27,273 nt of DNA, from assembly GCA_964014485.1 (NCBI GenBank), contig CAXHAT010000101.1:1-27273 (forward strand), given 5' to 3'. Made by a program: the position numbers and the translations under genes. This DNA is from an uncultured Deferribacteres bacterium (GTDB taxonomy: Bacteria; Zhuqueibacterota; Zhuqueibacteria; Zhuqueibacterales; Geothermadaptataceae). The notes beneath the pieces are model-generated. The model saw only the letters and a program-made list of their open reading frames with translations, did no database searches and had not been told where the DNA came from. The number at the start of each line of letters is the position of its first letter. The first letter of the stretch is position 1. Positions 8,701-23,600 of this stretch are shown piece by piece.

Positions 8701-9854
8701 CCAATATTGGTTTTGACCGACCCGAGAACGCAATTTTCAGCATCCGCCGTCTGTTGTCCGACGGTCTCAGCCAGCGCTTCGACTTCAATCGGATCGCCGA
8801 GCGAAGTGCCGGTGCCGTGCGTTTCGATATAACTGATTTTTTCGGGCGAAAGATTGGCGTTTTTGAGCGCGCGCCGTACAACGTCAACTTGTGAAATGCT
8901 GTTCGGCGCGGTCAGGCCGTTGGTTTTGCCGTCCTGATTTACCGCCGTGCCGTGAATGAGCGCAAGAATCGGATCGTTGTCGCGTTGCGCGTCCGTGAGA
9001 CGTTTGAGCACGATCACGCCGCAGCCTTCGCCGCGCACAAAGCCGTCCGCGCGATGATCGAACGCCTTGCAGCGCCCGTCCTTCGCGAACATGTTCATTT
9101 TCGACAGACTGATCGTCCCTTCCGGCGTGACGAACAGATTCGCGCCGCCCGCCAAACTCATGTCCGCTTCGCGATTGCGCAAGCTCTGACAGGCGAGATG
9201 AACCGCGATCAACGAAGACGAGCACGCGGTGTCCATCGTGACGCTAGGGCCGCGCAAATCGAAAATGTAGGAAAGTCGATTGGAGAGAATGCTCCCCGCT
9301 GTTCCAGTTGAAGAATAGGTGCCGATTTCATGCAAATTTTCCATTTGCATGAAAACGTATCCGCTGCTCATGTTGTGCGCGCCGAAAAACACGCCGGTTT
9401 GGCTGCCGCGCAAGCCCGTCAGTGTCTGCCCGGCGTCTTCCAACGCTTCCCAGGAAACTTCGAGCATGAGGCGCTGCTGTGGATCCATCTGCTCAGCCTC
9501 GCGCGGCGAAATGCCGAAAAATTGCGGATCGAATTGATCGACGTCGTCGAGAAATCCCCCGTAGCGTGATGTCAGTTTGCCCGGCGCGTCGATGTTTTCG
9601 TCGTAGAACGCATCGTTATCCCAGCGCGTTTTCGGCGTTTCGCTAATCGCGTCGACGCCGTTTTTCAGCAATTGCCAGAACGCTTCCGGGCTATTCGCGC
9701 CGCCGGGAAAGCGGCACCCCATGCCGATGACGGCGACGGGTTCATTTTTGGCGGATTTGGGTTGGGATTCCTGAGATTTTTGTTTCAAGCGCTTCTCAAG
9801 GAGCGCCCTTTTTTCCGGCGAAAGGCTCGCCAGACGCTTCGATAAATCTTGCAT
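2799..9854 (-). CDS. Type I modular PKS 'PKS3': KS-AT-DH-C-methyltransferase-KR-ACP
   Basis: KS DTACSSS / ETHGTGT / NIGHLEG; AT GQGPQW, GHSFG, FAYHS; DH HRIADRVVMP and HPALLDACLQ; cMT ILEIGAGTGG and ANVVHAT; KR TGGLGGLG and YAAAN; ACP GMDSLTSVEL. No ER motif seen. Confidence 0.96.
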   Translation of the reverse strand: MQDLSKRLASLSPEKRALLEKRLKQKSQESQPKSAKNEPVAVIGMGCRFPGGANSPEAFWQLLKNGVDAISETPKTRWDNDAFYDENIDAPGKLTSRYGGFLDDVDQFDPQFFGISPREAEQMDPQQRLMLEVSWEALEDAGQTLTGLRGSQTGVFFGAHNMSSGYVFMQMENLHEIGTYSSTGTAGSILSNRLSYIFDLRGPSVTMDTACSSSLIAVHLACQSLRNREADMSLAGGANLFVTPEGTISLSKMNMFAKDGRCKAFDHRADGFVRGEGCGVIVLKRLTDAQRDNDPILALIHGTAVNQDGKTNGLTAPNSISQVDVVRRALKNANLSPEKISYIETHGTGTSLGDPIEVEALAETVGQQTADAENCVLGSVKTNIGHLEGAAGIAGVIKAVLCLQNKFIPPHLHFTKLNPHISLDGTRLTIQPEGGAWMNSGERFAGVSSFGFGGTNGHVVLGEFHKARSAANSPFEGGQGGCSESSQGKVGAQNSSDENDNVSGNGDGRLHPPNPLQRGNTAAFLTQGVVLPISAHSKAALEGMVKNYADFLGEKQNVPLEAICRTTALRRSHHEHRIAVAGDSHTALREQISRFLDGDPEFALERGQKFEEGESGIVFVFCGQGPQWIGMGRSLFEKEPLFRETIEACDAELRKHADWSLIDQLFAEKDKSRIHDTEITQPALFAMQVGLAKIWQNWGVEPEVLVGHSFGEVAAAHLAGALSLEDAARVIFHRGRIMQTVMGEGRMAQVGLPQEKMQDMLADYPDQAWIATINSPHTVVISGETAAMEALEKRCEQENIHFRMLPMQFAYHSPRIEPYSLELRDSLRGISAKTPQTTIYSTVTSELATSEVFDEEYWRRNLRRPVLFANTIERVIEQEGLRTFIEVSPHPTLLTSIAQVLEQKNRVGTTLPTTLRDEDERTSMLKNLGRFYQIGFDPKWENVLPPSDEFVKLPHYAWQHKRYWLSSGKKRSVSQGAPNRLGHPLLGNRLNTPNPVYEISFSLDVGRFLQDHRIADRVVMPGAAWLEMVAAASRDLFENASIVFEKIKIEEALFLSEEEETLVQLTLTEIDDGVFKFQAFSQSQEDDANWTRHAQGVFRRQNAASRNGKLLVLDLENLRTACSEEISGKEHYDDLLTRGLSFGASFQGVQKIHLGKKAVLAKINFAANDDEVAAKFGFHPALLDACLQPLVPLAGAVAGSDDIFLMTGLERLEFFAAPQNSLWSVCEIEPVADEPNILRGRVKIFNADESLVAELDGFEMRRAPRSLFAAARERQLNDWFYRVAWRKLESTNERSDKKTRGVSMVPGEIAANLDVLAERLSAENGMAAFIAAAPDLEKLTLSYVLQAFQNLDVVLEARRNFKLKTLVEQSGVVEQQRQLFARFLDMLAEEKIVELIGDEIRVLKMPTVPDSTREIAEFLQKHPTCEIELNLVKQCGPHLAEVLKGEIDPVQVVFPQGGSDAAEKLYSDSAFSKTANVMMREALAAVFEKQTGDRTLRILEIGAGTGGTATFLLPELPPQLTEYVFTDVSPFFLERAKEKFANYDFVEYALLDLEKDFFAQSFSAADFDIVIAANVVHATTNLKRSLAQIQKLLAPGGLFLMLEGTEKQRWIDMVFGLLSGWWAFSDHELRPNHPLISAQAWQNVLAEVGFEETDVLPADGSRRLYKQSILVSRNRENAHSTRDWIIFADKKGYSQKFVEALQRRKDRCVIIESGDDFGHDSKHQFTISPNSKSDLQQVFEHCGDFHSPQIVYGWGMDSALPENCSASDLADQQKRILHPILNMLQALNENRSFSPKIWTLTQNAQISDVAESRTEPFGATLWGFARGAALEHPDLWGGVIDVESHLSREKAAGEILSVIEQNSEEDQIVLQKDGRFVPRLERQDAPNAANLEIDENSAYLITGGLGGLGLEISKWLVDEGAKHLVLTGRSGLPDRDSWENLPQDHPKFEAVQTIKNLENQGVEIHVWQLNVVDEVQMQKKFLAFGNSLPPLKGVIHAAALTSAKPLAEMSPEDLDAMLEAKAAGTITLWNCLQNSTAEDRPLTSFPRRRESSDGAQVIDSRLRGNDVAESDGNDMDRKASSFDAAKQGIDFFICFSSTTALLGANGYAHYAAANQFLDAFARWTHEIDPESPMIGINWGTWEVMRGFSDAQKEAVAEHGLLPMNSDLALEAMQRLIAENAPNTVVSAIDWRKLKSAYEAIRPQPFFEEIQIEEAGLKETAQEIRDVVQEIAATPDHEREEKLTTYLQTQIATVLGLDDPSVIEFNKGFFDLGMDSLTSVELRRRLEIGFGRKMPTTLTFNYPTVEKLMQFVQEEIPELMAVSGEGEEPEAFEDDDFTEDELTAMLAEKLMN
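3654..3729. repeat. REP-like palindromic element, family A (GTCATTCCCGCGCAGGCGGGAATC), in frame inside the PKS3 KR domain
   Basis: Perfect 27-bp inverted repeat 3654-3680 / 3703-3729 with 22-nt spacer; each arm is itself a hairpin (ATTCCC-N8-GGGAAT). Translates as TSFPRRRESSDGAQVIDSRLRGNDV. Partial third copy GTCATTCCCG at about 3633-3642. Confidence 0.93.
8295..8440. repeat. REP-like palindromic element, family B (CCCCCTTTGAAGGGGG), in frame inside the PKS3 KS-AT linker
   Basis: Arms ATTCCCCCTTTGAAGGGGGTTAGGGGGATGT (8295-8325) and ACATCCCCCCTGCCCCCCTTCAAAGGGGGAAT (8409-8440) are near-perfect inverted repeats with an 83-nt spacer. Translates as NSPFEGGQGGC...LHPPNPLQRGN. Confidence 0.9.
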
Positions 9855-9902
9855 CTCGTGCTCTTGCTGTCAATTCCAGGGTGTAAATTCTAACGAACGT
9901 TA
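9789..9902. repeat. Diverged direct repeat copy B (PKS3 first ~22 codons plus leader); partner at 1918-2030
   Basis: acgcttcgataaatc(t/g)tgcatctcgtgctcttg(c/t)tgtcaa(t/a)tccagggtgt is shared between the two copies. Confidence 0.9.
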
Positions 9903-9959
9903 TAAGTTTTAATCCGCAAATGAAGGCGTTCCGCTTCTCAAAACAAATTCTTTGAACTT

Positions 9960-9992
9960 CTGCTATTTAGTATTACTTTGAGACTCAAGCAA
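9960..9992 (-). promoter_or_regulatory. Putative promoter block upstream of PKS3, homologous to 2723-2754
   Basis: 9961-9992 vs 2723-2754: 26/32 identical without gaps. Minus strand TTGAGT-N17-TAGCAG; small palindrome TTGAG-A-CTCAA at 9978-9988. May also serve the divergent TA pair. Confidence 0.45.
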
Positions 9993-10041
9993 ACCCTCAA
10001 TGAAGTACATTGATTCAGTTCATCAACTACAAGGCGAAATG

Positions 10042-10260
10042 ATGACGCAACTTTTAACCCAAGCCTTTGAAAAAGCGAGCGCATTGCCTGAGCAAGAACA
10101 AAACGAATTCGCCAAATGGATTCTCGCCGAACTCGCTTCCGAATGGCGCTGGGCAAAAGCCTTTGCTGACTCACAAGGTCAGCTTGCGCAATTGGCAGAC
10201 GAAGCGCTGGCCGAGCATCGCGCCGATAAAACGCTCACTCTCGATCCAGAAAGGCTGTGA
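10042..10260 (+). CDS. Putative antitoxin (small acidic/helical protein) upstream of a RelE/ParE-like toxin
   Basis: MTQLLTQAFEKASALPEQEQNEFAKWILAEL...LADEALAEHRADKTLTLDPERL. AAGG at 10031-10034 favours ATG 10042 (or 10039) over 10000. GTGA overlap with the toxin start. Confidence 0.75.
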   Translation: MTQLLTQAFEKASALPEQEQNEFAKWILAELASEWRWAKAFADSQGQLAQLADEALAEHRADKTLTLDPERL

Positions 10261-10526
10261 AATCCCATACGACCGCACGTTTTCGAAAAATACTTCAACA
10301 CTTGCCGAAACAGATTCGAGAACAAGCGCGAACCGCTTACCAACGTTTTACTCAAAATCCCTTTCATCCAAGCCTGCACTTCAAACAAATCCATTCAACA
10401 AAACCCGTCTATTCAGTTCGCATCAACATCGATTATCGCGCCGTCGGCATTCTCGACAGTAATGAAATCGTCTGGTTCTGGGTTGGCGGTCACACTGAAT
10501 ACGAAAATTTGATTGCACGACTTTGA
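10257..10526 (+). CDS. RelE/ParE-superfamily toxin (type II TA)
   Basis: 89 aa, basic; TTARFRKILQHLP...NPFHPSLHFKQI...YSVRINIDYRAVG...IVWFWVGGHTEYE matches the RelE/ParE-fold pattern. Translationally coupled to the upstream small ORF. Confidence 0.82.
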   Translation: MKSHTTARFRKILQHLPKQIREQARTAYQRFTQNPFHPSLHFKQIHSTKPVYSVRINIDYRAVGILDSNEIVWFWVGGHTEYENLIARL

Positions 10527-10545
10527 TCATTTACCGAACATCTTC

Positions 10546-17349
<6,804 letters not shown>

Positions 17350-17392
17350 TTAGTACCTCATTTCGCAATTGCAGTGACGTGTCGACAACCGC

Positions 17393-17580
17393 TTGTTTAA
17401 CTCCTTCGGAGTAGAAATGAACAAAAAAACACTCCAATCCCAGGGCGTTGCCCTGGGCTATGCCATGAAACACCTTCGGCGTAGGAAAATACCGCAAAGC
17501 GGTTTGACAACTCAGCTCAGGGCAGCGCCCTGGGTTAAAAAGCTCGAGATACCCTCTCTTACTCCGAAGGAGTTAAACAA
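17393..17580. repeat. 188-bp symmetric composite palindrome (REP/REPIN-like, family C) between PKS1 and PKS2
   Basis: Perfect 21-bp terminal inverted repeat TTGTTTAACTCCTTCGGAGTA (17393-17413 / 17560-17580), 25-nt spacers on both sides, 45-nt inner arms containing CCCAGGGCGTTGCCCTGGG and CTCAGGGCAGCGCCCTGGG hairpins (17439-17483 / 17490-17534), 6-nt centre. Confidence 0.9.
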
Positions 17581-17609
17581 AATATTTTTGATCTATCGGA
17601 TTGAAACAC

Positions 17610-20600
17610 TCAGTAATTCCCTTCAAAGGCCTGTAATTTCTCAGCCAGCAAAGCTTCCGCATCTTCGTCGGAGAGCTGCTCCAACTCGGCGATTTTTGCA
17701 TCTTCGTCCGCGGATTTTGCGGTTTGCTCCGGCTCGTCTTTGCCGTTGGAGAGCGCTTCAGCAAAAGTTTCTTCGGCGAGAAAATTTGTGATCGCGTCGA
17801 TGGTCGGATAGTCAAACACCAGCGAGCCTGGCAGCGATTCGCCCAAATCAGAAGCCAGGGCGTTGCCTAATTCGACGGCCATGAGTGAGTCAAGTCCTTG
17901 TTCCTTCAAAGGTTTGCCCGCGGGCGGCTGTGCGGAAACGGCGAGTCCGAGAATGTGAATCACCTGTTGGCGGACTGCGTCTTTTAGAAAATTCCGGCGT
18001 TTTTCCGGCGGCGTTTGCAATAGCTCTTCACCAAAATTTCTTGACGCCTGATTGTTTTTAGGCGCCGATGTTGGGTCTGTTTTCGGACGAAGTTCGTGGA
18101 AAAACGGCCATGAATTTGGCGTTGCATTATTACTAAAAAACGATTTCCAATTCGCAGGTAAAACGGCGATTTGTGCCGCATCTTCCGTCAGACATTTTTC
18201 AAACAGATCAAGACCGCTCTCCGGAGAAATCATGCTGATTCCCAGTTCGCCCCAGCGTTGTTGATCGCGGTTTTCCATGGCGGCGGCCATGCCGATCTCG
18301 CTCCACGGCCCCCAATTTACGCTCAAGGCTGGCAATCCCAACGCTCGACGATGGTGCGCCAGCCCGTCCATGAAAGCATTGGCGGCGGCGTAATTTCCCT
18401 GACCTTTGGTTCCGAGCAGCGCCGTGACGGACGAGAAAAGCACGAACGCGTCGAGATCGAGATTTTGCGACAATTTGTGTATATTCCAGGCACCCAAAAT
18501 CTTCGGCGCAAAAACGTCATCGAAATTTTGCCACGACTGGCCGCGCAGCAGCCCGTCGCGCAACATGCCGGCGGCATGAACGATTCCCCGAAGCGGCGGC
18601 ATGTTCTCGGCAATTTCGTCAAAAATTCCGGCGGCGTCTTCTAATTTTGAAATATCGCCGCGCAGCACGCTTATCTTTGCGCCGCGTTTTTCCAATTCGT
18701 CGATTTGCCCCCGCGCCGCTTCGGAAGGTTCTCCGCGCGAAGTGAGCGCCAGATGCCTGACGCCGCGTTCAACCAGACGCTTAGCGGTGCGCAATCCGAG
18801 CCCGCCCAAACCGCCGGTGATCAACCACGTTCCGTCGGTTGTAAATTCGTCTTTTTCAGGACGGTGCTTTTGCGTCAACACAATTTTGCCGATATGTTTG
18901 GCCTGCGACATGAAACGAAACGCTTCCGGCGCCGCTTGAATCGCGTACTCTTGCAAAGGCAGCGGCAGCAAAGCTCCTTCGGAAAACATTCCCATCAATT
19001 CCGCGAACAAATCACCGACTAACTCCGGCGCGTCCTTCGCCATGTGATCGAGCGCGATGACGAAGTAGGAAACGCCCGGCTTTTCGGCGGCCATGTGCTT
19101 TTCGCTCCAAATATCAGTCTTGCCGATTTCGATAAAACGTCCGTTTGGCGCAAGCACGGAGACGCTTTTGTCGATGAATTCCCCTGCGAGAGAATTGAGC
19201 ACAATATCAACTCCGGCCCCGTCCGTGACGGCCATGATTTCGTCAGCAAAATCGAGCGTGCGGGAATTGAAAACGTGCCGCACGCCGAGGGATTTCAGCA
19301 AGTCGCGCTTCTTTTCACTCCCGGCAGTTGCAAAAATTTCAGCGCCCGCCTGCTTCGCCAATTGAATCGCCGAAAGCCCGACCCCGCCCGCTCCGGCGTG
19401 GATCAAAACGCGCTCGCCCGGCTGCATTTTCGCCAAACGATTGAGTCCGTAGTGTGCGGTCAAAAAAGTCACAGGAATCGTCGCCGCCTGCGCAAAAGAG
19501 ATCGCGCCGGGCTTTTTCACAACCAGTTCGGCGCGTGTGATCACGTTCGAGCTAAAACTCCCGAACGCCATCGCGACGACTTCATCGCCGACTTGAAATT
19601 GCTCAACATCCTCGCCGACGGCGGAAATTTTCCCGGCGCACTCAAGGCCAAGCGGCCCGGCTTCTCCGGGGTACATGCCGAGGGCGTTCAGCACGTCGCG
19701 GAAATTCAGACCCGTCGCATGAACCTGAATTTCGACCTCGCCGCGTCTTGGGCGCTGCAAAGAAATTGGCTGTAAAGAAAGCTTGTCGAAGGTTTGATCA
19801 GGGGATTTTTGTAGCTGGAAAGGCTGGTTGTCCGGCGGAACAAGAAAATCCTTCGCGCCTTTTTTGATCATGCGCGCGACAAAACGTTCGCCGCTTCTGA
19901 ACGCGATTTGACTTTCTTCGCTTCCGGCAAAAATGTCATCAACAAGCTCAGCAACTTGTTCCGGGTTTTCCGACGCATCCAGATCGAAAATTTTGCATTT
20001 CAGTTCGGGGTGCTCCTGCATGATGACACGGGCCAGCCCCCACAACGACGCTTGCGACAAACCAGCCAACGATTCTTGCAGCGAAACCGCTTGCGCGCCG
20101 TGCGTGACAACGCACAATTTAGGCGCAGCCGCGCTTTCCGACATCAACCGATCCATCGAATGCACGAGATGCAGCAAGCTCTGGTTAAGCAGCTTTTGCC
20201 GCGCCCGTAATTCTTCGCGCGTTCCTTCTTTGGATTCGTCGCCGCGGAAGAAAATCGCGCCCTGAAAGTTTTCTGAAAATTGTGATGCTGCATTCTGAAG
20301 CAGTTCGAAAAAATTGTCCGGTTTTTCAAAATCAACGTGCGTCGCGTTTTCGGGAAGCTCGCCGTTTGAATCCGAGAATAGCCCGATCACGCATTCACCG
20401 CCGTGCGTCGCAATTCTTTGCGAGAGGCTTTCGCTGATTTCGGCGTTTTCTGAGAAAATCACCCAAGCGCCCGGCTGCTGATTTTGTACATTTTTCCTGT
20501 CCAAAGCCCGCTCGCGCCAGACGACTTCATAAAGCCAATTATCAATATTGTTCCGCTGCGTCATTCGCAGAAGCGCAGTGCGGTCTGCTCGTTTTAGTCG

Positions 20601-23600
20601 CAATTTTTCGATTTTCGCGACTTGTCGTTCATTTTCGTCATGGAAAATCAGGTCACCTTTGAACATTTCGCGGTCGTCGTCGGCGTTCTCGTGCAGTTGC
20701 GCGTGACAAGTCAATTTCGAAGAATGGGCGCCATTGCATTCAAATCGTTCGCAGCCAATTGGCAGGTAAATTTCAGCATCAATTTCCGGAACGCAGGCAA
20801 GAAAAACTTGAATTCCAGCATCGAGCAGCGCCGGGTGCATGGTGAAATCCTCCGCCTGGTTTACGGCGGATTCCGCAAGCGGCAAAAGCGCGACGGCCTC
20901 GTTTTTTCCGAGAAAAATCTTTTCAATGGCCTGAAAATTTTCACCGATGAACGCCCCGACTTTGAGCCTGCGGGCATAGAAATCACCGCCTGAGATTTCT
21001 TGATCACAGCGCGTTCGGGTTTCCGAAAACGCGTCTCGCTCATTCTGCGATTCTTCAATCTCCCCTGTTGAAGAAGCGAGTTTCGCCGTCAGGAAAAGCG
21101 CCCATTCGGCGGCTTCATCGTCGGAGTCTGGTGCGCCGAAAATTTCAACCGAATAACTGCCGTCGTTTTCCGGCGTGATGATGGTTTGTAGTGCTTGGGG
21201 TGAATCTTCGGAAAGCGGCAAGGCTTCGCGAATAAGGAAATCGCTGCATACAAAAGCTTCGTCGCCGAAAACGCGACGTCCGGCTGCCTGCATCATTTCC
21301 AAATATCCGGCGGCGGGGAAAACCGCCATATCGAGGAACCGATGGTCGTTTAAAAAGCCTGGAGATTTTGCGCTGATCCGCGATTCGAACTGCACGCTCT
21401 TCAGCGCTGATCGTAAACGGCTTCCCAAAAGCGGATGACCGTCTTTTTGCACGCGAGTCTTTGATCCAGCGTGAGCGGCGACGGGATTGCTCTCATCGAT
21501 CCAATAGCGCTCGCGTTGGAACGGGTAGGTCGGCAGTTTGATGCGCTTACGCGAGTATAGTTTATCGAAACCGCGCCAATCGATGGCAGCGCCGTTGACA
21601 TAGAGCGCGCCGAGGCTGTTGAGCAATTGTCCCCAGTCGTTTTTGCCTTTGCGCAGCGAGGCCAACCACTGTTTACCGCCTGGTTCAACGCACTTCATCG
21701 CCATGCTCACGAGTGACGGCGCGGGACCCATTTCGAGGAAGATCGTGCATCCTTCATCAGCCAAAGTTTTCACGCCGTCCGAGAAATTCACGGCGGCGCG
21801 AATGTGTTTGCGCCAATACTTTGCATCGGGAATTTCGTCGGGAGCAAAAACGCGACCGGTCAAATTCGAAACCAGCGGGACTTTCGGCGACGAGAACGAA
21901 ATTTCGTTTGCAATACGTTCGAATTCATCCAGCATCCCCTCCATCAACGGCGAATGAAAAGCATTGGACACCGTTAGCTTTTTGACTTTGATTTTTTCTT
22001 CTTCAAATTTCTCAACAATGGTCTGAAGCGCTTCGGAAGCACCGGAAATGACTGTGTTTTCCGGCCCGTTAAGCGCAGCAATCGAGACTTTGTCCGCAAA
22101 TGGCGCAACGGCTTCGGCGACTTTTTCTCTGTTCGCAAAAACCACCGCCATTCCGCCTTTTTCATCGAGGTTCTGCATCAATCGCGCGCGCGCGGCGATG
22201 AGCTTGAGACCATCTTCCAGACTAAAAACGCCCGCCCGACAAGCCGCGACATACTCGCCCACACTATGACCGAGCACCATGTCCGGCTCCACGCCCCAGG
22301 ATTGCCAGAGTTCGGCAAGGGCGAATTCCAGCGCAAATAATGCAGGTTGGGTGTAGGCGGTTTGATTGATCGCATTTTCCGTAGTACGATTCTCGTCATT
22401 TTCCAATTTGTCATTCCCGCGCAGGCGGGAATCTAAAGGGCGCTGCTCTTTCTGGATTCCTCCCGACTTATTCGGGACGGGAATGACTTCTTCGTGAGTA
22501 TCTAAAGCAAAAATCACGTTCAAAAGCGGTGATTCAAGCTCACCCTCCAGGAATTCCGCACAGCGATCCAGCGCTTCCCGAAACACCGGCTGCGTCTCAT
22601 AGAGCTGTTTTCCCATACCGGCGTACTGTGCGCCTTGCCCTGTGAAAAGAAAGGCGATCTTCGGATTTACGCTCTCTTCGATTTGCCCGGTTTGCAGATT
22701 TGGCGTTCTTTCGCCGTTAATGAATCGTCGCAATTGCGCGGACATTTCTTGCGAATCAGGAGCGTGAGCGCTCAGGCGAAACTCAAAATCTGCCCTGCCG
22801 CTGTTGGCGGAGAAACAAATGTCCGGGAACAATTCGGGAGTTTGTTTCTCGATAAATTCCGCGTAGCGCGCCGCCTGGGCTTTCAGGGCTTGCTCACTGG
22901 CGGCGGAGAGTTTGAGCGTGTGTTCCGCACGACCCGAACTTTCCTTTGAAGACGAATTGAAGACTTGTTTTTTCAGTTCAGCTTCAGAAGCGGTCTTGTC
23001 ACTTCTGTCCGCAGGCAAAATCGATTCTTCCTGAATGACATTTTGAGGGGGCGGGGATTCTTCGAGCACAATGTGCGCGTTTGTTCCGGTGATGCCGAAG
23101 GAATTTACTCCCGCAAACAGCGATTCGTCCGTCTTGGGCCAGGATTCAAGCTTTTGCTGCATTTGAAAGCCCAAACCCCGCCAATCGATTTTCGGATTCG
23201 GACGGTCAAAATGCAAACTGGGAGGAATTTGGCGATGCTGCAAACAGAGCACGGCTTTGATCAGTCCGGCAATTCCAGAAGCGGCTTCGGTATGACCAAT
23301 ATTCGTTTTGACCGACCCGATGCGACATGGCTGGTCTTGAGAACGATTTTCGCCCAAAACCGCACCAAGTGCGCCAAGCTCAACCGGATCACCCGCCGCC
23401 GTGCCGGTGCCGTGCGCTTCAATGTAGCCGACTTTTGCAGGTTCGACGCCCGCTTCTGCGTAGGCGCGCCGCAGCATGGCGATTTGCGTTTCAACGCCGG
23501 GCGCGACGAGCAATCCGCTGCTGGCGCCGTCGTTGTTGACCGCGCTGCCGCGAATAACAGCGTAGATTTCGTCGCCGTCCGCCAGAGCTTGATGAAGTTT

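Noticed and set aside
1984..10545. Integron cassette array (TA cassettes with attC sites)
   Set aside because: No integrase in the window. The TAAC...GTTA dyad at 9891-9902 is far too short for an attC and lacks L boxes and a proper GTTRRRY.
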